DNA of 64,000 nucleotides from Piromyces finnis finn (taxonomy: Eukaryota > Fungi > Neocallimastigomycota): positions 682,001 through 746,000 of the forward strand of contig MCFH01000001.1 in the NCBI GenBank assembly GCA_002104945.1, written 5' to 3'. Numbering within the stretch: the first letter of the stretch is position 1; every line of letters begins with the position of its first letter. Below the pieces are notes generated by a model, which worked only from the letters and a program-made list of their open reading frames with translations, made no database searches and had not been told where the DNA came from. Both the position numbers and the translations under genes were made by a program. This document shows, piece after piece, positions 28,333-39,963 of this stretch.

Positions 28333-29056
28333 ACGTTCCCAAGAGGGTTTCTTGAAAATATAATTATTTAATTATTTATATTAAATTTTTCAATGGGATT
28401 AAGAAGCCAAGATCTACTTTAACTTGGAGACAAAATTGATTGTGTTTGATCTTGTTGCCATGTTTTATTATTAATCGACGACCACCTTTCAAACATTAAT
28501 AACAGAAATACAATAATAAAAGGAAATTTTTTTTTTAAACATTAATTTTATTAATAATTTTTTTTTTTTTGAATTTTACATATTTTTTATAATTACATTT
28601 TTTTTTTTTTTTAGATAATTAAATTAATTTTTTCATTATAATATTATCAACCTTTAGATAGGTTAAATAATAATATACAAATTTATATTAGCTATTGCAT
28701 TAATTATATGCTAAATTATTTATAAATATATTAACATATAAAAAAAAAAGGTTTTATTTTTCTTTAATAAGATTTTAATATTCATTTTAATGTTCTATTT
28801 AATTCTTTGGGTTTTTTTTTTAATAAAATTTCTATATTGTGTGTATTTTAATTCATTTTTTTTTAATAAAATTTCTATAGTTGTGTGTATTTTATATTCT
28901 ATTAGAATCATAATAATAATTTGATACATCATATATATTTTTTATATATACATAAAATTTTGAAATTCTTCAAACGATAGTTTGAAATATTTACTTTTCT
29001 TTTTTTGTGAAAATTTTGTAGTTGTGTCTAGATTTTTAATTCTACTCAAGATATTT

Positions 29057-30865
29057 TTAACACTTTAAAAGGTCAAATTCATCAACCTTAATATCAGCGT
29101 ATTGTGGATAGTTTTCCATAACATAGTCAACATCCTTATCACCACGACCACTAATATTACATAAAATGATATCATCTGGATATTGCTTAGCTAATTTAAC
29201 AGCTTGAACAAAACCATGAGATGATTCAAGAGCTGGAATAATACCTTCAGCCTTAGAAAGTAAAAAGAAGGCTTCTAAAGCTTCATGATCATTAGCACCA
29301 GATGGAATAGTTCTAGTAATTTCCTTTAAGAAGGCATGTTCTGGACCAACACATGGGTAACAAAGACCACTAGCAATAGAGTGAGATTTGTATTCACCAT
29401 TTTCGTCTTGTAAGACATAAGAGTAAGTACCGTGTAAAGAACCTCTGTGACCGTAAAGTAAACAAGATGCATGATCACCAAACTTAGTACCTCTACCTAA
29501 TGGTTCAACTGGGTACAATTTAATATCCTTGTTATCGAGGAAAGCTGAGAATGTACCTATAGAGTTTGAACCACCACCAAGACAAGCGACGACATGATTT
29601 GGAAGTCTACCGGTTTGATCGAAAAGTTGTTCACGAGCTTCATCACCAATACATCTTTGGAATTCACGAACAAGTAATGGCCATGGATGGACAGCAACAA
29701 CGGAACCAATACATTGGAAGGTTTCTTCTGGATGTTCACCAAAGTATTTTATAGAAGCATCGTTAGCTTCCTTAAGACTCTTGCCACCAAAGTCAACAGG
29801 AATAACTTCAGCACCAAGAACCTTCATTTTAGAAACATTTGGATGTTCCTTAGCAACATCAATGGAACCCATGAATACTTTACAGTCTAAACCAAAGTGA
29901 GCGGCAGCAGTGGCAACAGCTAAACCATGTTGACCAGCACCAGTACCACAACAAAGACAAGTTTTACCTAATTTTTTAGCCATAAGAGCTTCGGCCATAC
30001 AATGGTTAATTTTATGAGCACCAGTGTGATTTAAATCTTCACGTTTAAGGAAAATTCTACCACATTTACCATTATTCTTCTTCTTGATTAATTCTTGAAT
30101 TCTTGTGCATTCGTAAATTGGAGTTGGACGACCTTGGAAGTCTCTACGAATTTTTCTGAGATCATTTCTAAATTCATCAGTTGGAATGTAATTTTTAAGT
30201 AATCCAATAGTTTCAATTAAACAATTAGTAAAGGCGGCTCTATTTGATGCAGTTAATTTTTCTTCCATAATACCACCGAACATTCCGAAATAACCATCGT
30301 TATCTGGATAATTTCCGGTATATTTGTAACTGTACTTATCATCTCTCATTCCCTTCATAATTTTTTCAATCTTTTCAAGTTCTTCACCTTTAATTTCACC
30401 CTTTGGTGGAGAAATTCCAAGTTTCATCATTTCCATGAGCATTTCTGGAGTCATAAATGGTGGGATAATATCAGCTGATGGAGCAGCAGAATTGGCGGTT
30501 GGAGCTTGTTGTTGTTCTTTTGGAGCTTCCTTTGGAGCTTCTTTTGGAGCTTCGGAACCTTGATTACCGACATTTTTCTTTAACATTTCAATAATTTCTG
30601 GTGGTGGACCGTTTGGATATTTTTCCTTAAGATGTGGTGGTGGACCATTTGGGAACATTTTCTTAATAAATTCTGGGATTTCTGGTGGAGCTTGTTGTTT
30701 TTCATTTGGAGCTTCCTTTGGAGCTTCGGAACCTTGATTACCGACACTTTTCTTTAACATTTCAATAATTTCTGGTGGTGGACCGTTTGGATATTTTTCC
30801 TTAAGATGTGGTGGTGGACCATTTGGGAACATTTTCTTAATAAATTCTGGAACTTGATCTTCCAT
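29057..30865 (-). CDS. trpB: Stand-alone tryptophan synthase beta-like PLP enzyme (TrpB1 type) with ~180-aa repetitive N-terminal extension; catalytic Glu replaced by Gly
   Basis: Intronless 602 aa. Motifs: GRPTP, LKREDLNHTGAHKIN (PLP lysine), GTGAGQHG, ACLGGGSN, GIIPALESSH, NISGRGDKD. No TrpA TIM barrel is present. Confidence 0.9.
   Translation of the reverse strand: MEDQVPEFIKKMFPNGPPPHLKEKYPNGPPPEIIEMLKKSVGNQGSEAPKEAPNEKQQAPPEIPEFIKKMFPNGPPPHLKEKYPNGPPPEIIEMLKKNVGNQGSEAPKEAPKEAPKEQQQAPTANSAAPSADIIPPFMTPEMLMEMMKLGISPPKGEIKGEELEKIEKIMKGMRDDKYSYKYTGNYPDNDGYFGMFGGIMEEKLTASNRAAFTNCLIETIGLLKNYIPTDEFRNDLRKIRRDFQGRPTPIYECTRIQELIKKKNNGKCGRIFLKREDLNHTGAHKINHCMAEALMAKKLGKTCLCCGTGAGQHGLAVATAAAHFGLDCKVFMGSIDVAKEHPNVSKMKVLGAEVIPVDFGGKSLKEANDASIKYFGEHPEETFQCIGSVVAVHPWPLLVREFQRCIGDEAREQLFDQTGRLPNHVVACLGGGSNSIGTFSAFLDNKDIKLYPVEPLGRGTKFGDHASCLLYGHRGSLHGTYSYVLQDENGEYKSHSIASGLCYPCVGPEHAFLKEITRTIPSGANDHEALEAFFLLSKAEGIIPALESSHGFVQAVKLAKQYPDDIILCNISGRGDKDVDYVMENYPQYADIKVDEFDLLKC
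30531..30850 (-). repeat. Intragenic direct repeat, two ~146-nt copies with a 174-nt (58-aa) period
   Basis: 30531-30676 and 30705-30850 are near-identical. Both encode PEFIKKMFPNGPPPHLKEKYPNGPPPEIIEMLKKxVGNQGSEAPKEAP. Confidence 0.95.
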
Positions 30866-33800
30866 TTTTCTATTTATTGTAAATTAATTTATTTTTATAG
30901 ATAAAATAAATAGTTAGTAATTATTATTATTATTATATTATTGCTATCTATATTGACATTTTTAAAATTTAGTAAACACAAATTTTTTGTTTATTAAAAT
31001 ATAATTCATCTATTATAATACAATAAATATTTTTATAAACTAATAGGTTTTTCTTTTTTAATTATTATATTTATTTTTATGAATAATTATACTAAACATT
31101 CTCCAACTTTTTAAAAATATTTTTATGTTTTCTTAAATTTGTAATTTTCCATTTAAATATTAATGGACTATTAATGGACTTTTTTTATCTACTTGTTAGA
31201 AAAAAATTTTTTTTATATCTTTATATCTTTCTTTTTTATTTATTTATAATAAAGTCTATTATTTCCTTAATATTTACCTTTTAATAATTATTTAAAATAA
31301 AGTAAAAGTAAATTACAAATAAATAAAAAAAAAAAAAAAAAAGAAAAAGTGCTCTTATATATACCCCAAAAAAATAATAATAAAAGTGCTTTTTTTTTTT
31401 TTTTATTTTTCAAGCTAAAATCAAAATATATTGAAATAATATAATTTTTTTATTAATAATATATTTATTAATTTTTTTTTTTATATTTTTATATTTTCTA
31501 TTCAATTTTAAATTAATTAAAAATAATAAACTCTATTTATTAATAATTAAATTAAATGTTTTTCTTTTTTTTATTTTTCTTAGTCTTGGAAGAATAAAAA
31601 AAAGAAAAAGGTTTATATTCCTATTTTATGGATCAATTTTTTTTTTATATTTATTATATATCTTTTGTAAAAAGAATAATAAAACCTGATGATTTTATTA
31701 TAAATAAATATATATATATATATATATACAAAGATGGTTAGATAGTATAGAGTAAAAAACAAAATAAATTTCTATATTATGGAATTAAAGAAAAAACTGT
31801 TACAAATAAATATATATATTATTTATATGTGTAAAAAATAAATCATATAACGATTTTATAGATTGAAAATTTAATGAAGTGGATGTATTTTTGTTTTTTT
31901 TATATTTTTAAAGTATATATAAAATAAAGGAATAAAAATTCTAGTTAATGCATTACTTCTAATTTGTTTTTGGAAATCCTTTTTATAGTTTTTTTTCTAA
32001 TATAAAAAAAACAGGTATTCCTACCATAAATTATATATTTTTTAGGTAAGAAGCCAATGCCTAGTTATCCTTCCTAACTTCCATTTGAATAGTTACTCTA
32101 ATTCAAGTTTTTTTTTTTTTTTTTGAAATATAAAATTTTTATATTAATTAAAATTTAGATTATCACAAAATATTTTTAAAAGAGAATTTTATATGGATAT
32201 TTATTATATTAAAAATAAATAAACATTTAAATGAAATTAAATTAAATTTTTTGAAAATTTCCATATTTGTTTTGTGTGTGATACATTGTATTTATTGTAG
32301 TGTTGTTGATAAATACAAAATAAACAAGATAGATGGTAGGTAGAAAGGAAGAAGAGAACTCTTTAAAGTAGTGGTAGGGAATTTAAATGCCATCATTTTT
32401 TATTAATTAGTAAAATATTTTATTTTATTATTGATAGGTCCCCTTGAAGAATCGCTATTTTTTTTTAAATCATCAAATACAACAATATCCATAAAAGGAA
32501 GAATGATGGAATATCAATAAGGATGAATAATCCTTCGCCTTCCAAATACATTACTAAATCAAATTAGAATATTTATTTATTAATCAAGTTTTAATTGGTT
32601 TCATAGAATATTTTTTTTAAAAAAGTTTTTTTTATATATTTTATTATTTAAATTAAAATATAATTTCAAAACACAGTTTAAAACAAATCTTAATATATAT
32701 TCATTATTCCAATAAAAAAGTAATTTTATGTTTAAAAATTTTAATAACTTTAAATTTTGTATAATTTTTTTTGTAAAGGGAAAAGGTTTAAAGTTATTAG
32801 GCTTATTCTATATAGACTATATAGATAATATAGATAATTGAAACCTTGTGGACAACTTTATCATTGTTTCAGTGCTAAATATGAAATAATGTACAAGTAT
32901 TTATTGAAAAATAAATATTTTTTAAAATGGAATTAAAAAAGGTAAACATTTTATAGGTTTTTCAAGATGCATAGAAATACCAATTTAATAGTAAAATTAT
33001 TTTATATACAAAATAAAAATGTTCCATATTTGGTAATCCTATTATTAGTTAATTAATAAAATTATTAAATAGAATATTGAAACAAATTAAAAAACTATAC
33101 AGAAATAAATGTACAAAGCACAGATTGAACATAATGAATATACTTTGATAACAATGGAAAACCATTTTCAATATAAATCATTAACTATTAAAACTATAAA
33201 TATTTCTAAATATCTTACATTAAACTGATATTATATCCTTTTTTGCCTCATATATAGGAAAACTTTTTTTTTTTTTATAAATATAACAATTTTTTAAAGT
33301 TAAATGTATTCTAGATTTTCAGTTTTAATGAATTAAAAAAGAAATAAAGAAATTTGTATTTAATTTATTTCATTCATTTTAATATTATTTAAAGTTTATT
33401 TATAAACTTTTTTAATAAAACGAAATTTATTTTTTTATTATTGGGGCTTGAATGTAAATATGTAGAGATTTAATACATATGTATATCCAAAATAATAAAT
33501 ATTTTGGTAATAATTAATAAAAGTATATTAATGGTAAGAAGGATTGCTCAATATATATAAAGATTTTTGATACACCATTTATGGCAATTGAAATATAATT
33601 GTATATTTAAAAATCCAATTCATTTTCATGATATTCATAAAGAACTAATAATATTACAATGTAGGTATAAAAAAGAAAATATCTGAAATGTTAGATGAAA
33701 ATTAATAGTGCTGTAGTTATTAGTCATTAGAAATAATTTATATTTTTATGGCTCATAGATATAATTATTTAAATAAATAGTATAATTAACATAGTGGTAA

Positions 33801-36800
33801 AAAGTAGTTGAAATAAACAAAGCAAAGCAAATATAATTTATAATTAGTTTAAAATTGTTTCATAATTATATTTTAAATTAATACTTTTAAGCAAACATAT
33901 ATTCTTATGATTATAAATCATAATTATTAAAATATATGTTTGTTTAAAAGTATTAATTTAAAATAAAAGATCTTATTTTGATAAAAATATTATAAATTTA
34001 TATCCTTCATTTCTTGTTTATTAACTAGTATTATTATAATTGAAAAACCTATATCCTACACACTTATCATGCTAGAAAAAACTAATATTATTATAGCTTT
34101 GAATAGGAGATAGCTCAACTAATTTTTATATTTATAACTTTACCTAACTATCTTAACTTTAATTTAAATAATTAACATTTAATTTAAATAATTTGTTTAT
34201 GATCCACAAAAGATATATTAATAATTTAAAATTGTTTCATAATTATGATTAGGTATTTACAAAAATGGTTATATTTGATTTATATTAATAAATCTGTACT
34301 ACACTAGTTATTTGTATAATTTCTATTAACAACCAAAAGAATTAAATTATATTTATATTATTAATTTATTACATTGTTATACAAACCCATCTGTTTATGT
34401 ATTTGTATAAATTTAATGTATTTGTATTAGATATTTAGTTGTTAGAATCAAGCCACAAAAAGCATATAAGAAAGAAAATTTTTCATTATTTTAAATTTTC
34501 ATAGCTATCCTATATTAATTATTTTAATATATTAATAAACTTTAAATATTATAAAACAAATATAATATACAGTTTATAATTTCTTTAAATATAAAAGCAA
34601 GCCATAATAAATTATTTCAATAGTTTATATATTGGTCATTTTTATAAACATTAAATAGTATCAACAAATATATAAAAATATATAAAAAAATTTCAAAGGT
34701 ATGTATTTGTTTAGACTTTATTTTTAACAGATATGCTGCCTAGCCAAACTCTCCATATGATAATGACCTTAAACAGGACAAAATGGTTTATTTAATAATA
34801 ATAATAATAATAATTTTTATTTGGGTATTTTTTATATATAATAAAAATTAATAATTTTTATGATTTACTTCATAGTAGTATGACTACTCTATTTAAATAC
34901 ATTTAATTTCAAAAAAAAATAACCAATAGTTTTGCTGATTTCTGATACAATAGCAAATCATATTCCTTTACTTTGATTAATATTACATTAATGTTACATT
35001 AAATTGTAATAAACAAAATTTTTTTTTATATTATCCTAATTTTTATATAGTTTTTTAAATAAATATATATATATTTCAATTATGATAATTAACTTTTAAA
35101 AATATTAACTACACTACAAAATGTAGTTAATATTTTTAAAAGTTAATTATCATAATATCCAAATATTATTTATAGAAAGCTTTGTCGTCGTCTATTTTTA
35201 AATCGCATTAAATGTCAAAGTATTATTAAAAAAGTAAAAAACAACTTTGTTTATAAATTTACCAATGATCATAAATATTAATTTAAAATTGACGAATCAT
35301 ATTCTAATGTTTTTATTAGCAATACATTAATGTTTATGTTAAATTTGGTTATTATTTAATTATAGAATATATATAATTAAATATTAAAATAAATGTATTC
35401 AACATTCATCATTGTCATCATAAATATTTAACAAAAAAAAAAAAAAAAAAGATTAAGAGAACTATTATAACTATTTTTATTAGGTATACCTTGTATTATT
35501 TTATTATTAGTAGAAAAAGACAATTATTATATACATTCATGTTTAAAAAAGTAATTATTTGTTTTAGGTTTTAATACCAATGTAATCATTATTGAATTGA
35601 ATTAATTATATAATATCAATCTATTTAATAAATTAAATTACATATATTATTACATTTAATTTAATTTAATCATTCTAAATATATATACTTTTTTAATGTG
35701 TCATCATGTCATATTTAGAGGATAATTAAAATGTACTATTTATATAGTAAATTAACCATTCACCATTAATTCATTTACTATGATATTTTTAACTACACCA
35801 GAAATCCAACCACCACCAGAGCTGTGGTCAATAATACACTTTCAATAATAAAAAATATTAATTGTACAACATATATATATATTTTTATAAATATTATATA
35901 GTTTATTATTAAAAGTGTGTATTTTTATTATTATTATTTTAATATTTTAATATTAATAATAATAATATTATTATTATAAAAACTTTAATATTATAGAAAA
36001 TTTTAGTAAAAAAAAAAAATTTTTTTTTTTAGGCTTAAACAAAAGAAATTTTTTTTTTTTTTTATTTTATTTTATTTTATTCTTCAATCTTTAAGGAAAT
36101 CAATACTTTTGTTTTTACTTTTTTTTTTTTAAAAAAAAAAAAGAATAGACAGATAAAAAAGAAGAAAAACAAAAAAACAAAAAAAATAAATATTTTTTTT
36201 TTAAAAAAAAGATACTAAAACCAAAATAATAAAAATATTGAAGGAAAGAATAAAAGTATTTATTCCATTTAAATAATATATATAGAAAAAATAAAGGTAG
36301 AATAATAAATGAAAGGAAAATAAATTAAAACAAATTAGAATACAATAAAGAATAGATATGAAAAGGAAAGTCGAGGAAAATAAATAAAAAAAGAATAAAA
36401 TTTAAGTAATTAAAAAATACAATAATATTTTGAATATGAAAAAAAAACATTATATTCATTAAATTACCAAAGTAATCAAAGTAATAATATAAAAAAATTT
36501 AAAAGCCAATTAAAATATTAATAAATATCAAAATAAAAATGCAATCTACTTTAACAAATAAACTTTTAACAAATAAATTAAAAAAATTAAACTGAATGAA
36601 ATATAAAATTTTTTATCTGATAAATAATCGACTATAAATAAAATATAATATTAAAGAAAACAAATGCTTTAAAAAAATAAAGTTACGATAATTATTTCAA
36701 ATCATTATAAATAGTTTAAAATATTTATTGGTTTTTGTAGTGTAGTTATTAGTTGGTCGTAATAAAAGCCTAAATATATAAAGTGTTTTTAATTTTAAAA

Positions 36801-36892
36801 TTTATAAAAATACAAAAACTAATAAACTATTTGTATAATTATTATATATAATATATATTAAAAATATTGTATAAAGGTTAGATAGTAAAAAA

Positions 36893-38578
36893 ATGGCTGG
36901 AAAGAACGACAATTCATACTATTACGACGAAAATAGCTCATACTATAATAAGGACTCCGGCAAGGGCGGAGACAAATATGATAGTAGATACTATGATGAC
37001 AGTCAATACTATGATGACAGTAAATATTATGATAAGGGTAATGACAGTAGATATTACGATGACAGCCAATACTATGATGATAAACGCAGAAGCAATGGTA
37101 GATATGATAGTCAATATTACGATAATAGTCAATACTATGATGACAGTCAGTACTATGATGACAGAGGAGAAAGTCGATATGACGACAGTAGATATGATGA
37201 TAGTAGATATGATGATAGTAGATATGACGATAGTCGTTATGCTGATAGTCGCTATGATGATAGTCGTTATGATGATAGTCAATATTATGATGATAGACGT
37301 GATGACAAGGGAGGATACAAGAACAGTAGTAAGCCAAGAGATTCAGTCTCTGAATTTAATGCTTATTATGATGATGATGATTATAATGATCCACCAAGAG
37401 GAGAATCTCAAGACCCACCAAGAGGTGACTCTTCTAGAAATTATGATGACAGTCGTTATGATGATGGCTACAGCCGTTACGATGATAGTAGATATGACAG
37501 AGATAGTCGTTATGATAGTAGATATGATGATGATACTTACAGAGACAGTCGTTACGACAGTCGTTATGCTTATGATGACGGCTATAATGACAGCCGTTAT
37601 GATGATAATTACAGAGATAGTCGCTATGACAGTCGCTACGATGATAGATACAACGACAATCGTTATGATGATAACAATAATAATAAAGAACCATCAAGAG
37701 ATGTCGATGATCTCAACAAAAAGATGGATGATATGAAGCTTAATAATAAGGATGGTAAAGAAGAAAACATATGTTATTCATGGTAAGTTTTTTTTTTTAT
37801 TTTAAAAAAACATGGATTTATTTGAAAGGAATAATTATGTTAAATAGTATATTTTTTTTTACTATAATAGTGGTAATCCAATTAAAGGTAAGGCTCATCC
37901 AAAGAATGGTCATGTTTATTGTGCTAAGGATTATGTAATGTTATTTGCTCCAAGATGTAAGAAATGTCAAAAACCAATCAAGGGTGAAACTGTTTGTGCT
38001 TTAGGTAACAAATATCACAAGGCTTGCTTCTCATGCATTGTAAGTAGTATTAACATTTATAAATTAAAAAAAGAAATAAGAAAAATAAAATTAATAATGG
38101 AGAAAATTAATAAATAATTATATAAATTTTAAATAAATAGACATGTAATACACCATTCCCAGACAAGTCTTTCTATGTCTTTAACAACAATCCAGTTTGT
38201 CGTCGTCACTACCATCAACTTAATAATTCTCTTTGTATGTATTTTAAAATTTAATATTTTTGCATCGAATTCCAACCATTATTAAAAAATAATTTATTGG
38301 TTAATGCCTAATTTTTAAAAATAAAACGGGCATTCTTTATTGTGAATATTTTTTTAGGTACAAAGTGTGATGAACCAATTGAAGGTCCATGTGCTGAAGT
38401 TATTGAAGGACGTTTCCATCCAAAATGTTTCGTTTGTACTGTTTGCCAAGTTCCATTAACTGGTTTATACTATAACTACCAAGGAGAAGCTTACTGTGAA
38501 GAAGATATTATGAGAATACACAAGGAAAGAATTAATAAGGCTAATAAGAGAAGAACTATCATGAGTTATATCGAATAA
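36893..38578 (+). CDS. LIM-domain (paxillin/Pxl1-like) protein with Tyr/Asp/Arg repeat N-terminus; exons ~36893-37782, 37871-38039, 38141-38234, 38358-38578
   Basis: Spliced C-terminus: CYSCGNPIKG...VYCAKDY, RCKKCQKPI...YHKACFSCITCNTPF...VCRRHY, CTKCDEPIEG...FHPKCFVCTVCQVPL...YCEEDI, ending NKRRTIMSYIE. This gives about 2.5 LIM domains. Confidence 0.85.
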
Positions 38579-39696
38579 AGTAAGAATTAACCTATTCATC
38601 TCCCCAATTTTTACACCCCAAAATATTCTTCACATTTTATAGTATTAAAATTTATATAGATATATAGAACGTAAAAAAAAAATGGAAGAAAGAAAAGAGG
38701 AATAAATAATTATAAATAACAGCTTTTTCACTTTTCTTTATTTAATTAGTACGCTTAGATAAAGAAAGCAAAGGAAAAAGATCAATTGTATATTTATATA
38801 TATATAAGATAAATCTTCTTTTTTCCTTTTTTTTTTTTTTAAAAAAAAAATTTTTAAAATTACCTATATAAAACAAAAAAATAGTTTGATATTATAATAA
38901 TTTTATTTTAATATAGTTAATTATAAAAGTTAAAAAAATTATAAAATATTATACTTTTTAATATCTTTTTAGCTGTTTAAAATTTTATTTCTTTCTTTCA
39001 ATTTCTTTTTTTTTTAAAAAAAAAAAAAAATCAAAGTATTATTAATATATATCTTTTTAATTGTAAAAAAAAAAAAAAAAAAAGATTCATGTTAATATCT
39101 TTGTATTTTTAAAAGGTTATTAAATTGATATAAAATTAAAAATATATATAAAAAAAAAAAATCTATAAAATCTATATATATTTATAATTTTAAATTTTAA
39201 ATTCATGATTTAACGAAACATAAGAAGAATCTCTATAAATTAGATATAAAGTTTTAATAATAATTTAGATGATAATTTATATATAAAACACTTAACCAGT
39301 AAACAAAACAAAAACAAAGCATATAAAATAGACAAAAAATATATTATAAAAAATTAAAAATCAAACCAAAACTAAAAATAAAAAATATATATAAAAAATA
39401 AATAATATATAAATGTATTTCAATATATATAAATTTAAATAAAAATAAAAATAAAAAATAAAAATAACCTCTATATAAAAGATTAGATTTCTTTTTTTTT
39501 TTTTTTTAATTTACATAATTTACATTAAGAATGAATATTGAATATGGGTTTTAGATACTTTTTATTTTTATCTATAAACAATTAAAAAAATAAAAAAAAT
39601 TATAGATATATATTTTTCAAGCATTGCTTTTATATAAACAGGTTATTTACATTAGTTATTGGTATCATATATATATATATAAACATTTTAATTAAC

Positions 39697-39717
39697 ATTA
39701 TTATTATTATTATTTTA

Positions 39718-39754
<37 letters not shown>

Positions 39755-39756
39755 TA

Positions 39757-39838
<82 letters not shown>

Positions 39839-39840
39839 TA

Positions 39841-39880
<40 letters not shown>

Positions 39881-39882
39881 TA

Positions 39883-39919
<37 letters not shown>

Positions 39920-39963
39920 TAATTATTATTATTATTCTAATTATTATTATTATTATTATTATT
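39697..39963. repeat. (ATT)n microsatellite with occasional CTA interruptions
   Basis: Seen directly; about 270 bp. Confidence 0.97.

Larger units (their letters stand above)
22383..28347 (-). mobile_element. Non-LTR retrotransposon (LINE), single ORF; clade uncertain; 5' boundary uncertain (27190 to ~28347)
   Basis: APE + RT ORF with a Cys/His C-terminal motif, GC content above the flanks, and a ~47-nt T tract (22383-22429) as candidate poly(A) tail ~230 nt after the ORF stop. No target-site duplication was identified. Confidence 0.8.

Noticed and set aside
28414-28461. 15-aa ORF MATRSNTINFVSKLK on the - strand with good start context
   Set aside because: Too short, with no recognisable homology or consistent splice continuation.
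28812-28894. Imperfect ~44-bp duplication between the repeats and trpB
   Set aside because: It is a local AT-rich tandem duplication that does not flank the LINE, so it is not a target-site duplication.
35760-35840. Coding-like fragment DHSSGGGWISGVVKNIIVNELMVNG on the - strand
   Set aside because: It is isolated, with no start, partner exons or recognisable family. It is mentioned only as part of the intergenic finding.
36858-37736. Overlapping ORFs 36858..37337, 36938..37282, 36978..37736 and 37434..37697
   Set aside because: These are shadow frames of the YDD repeat. Only the 36893 frame splices into the LIM exons.
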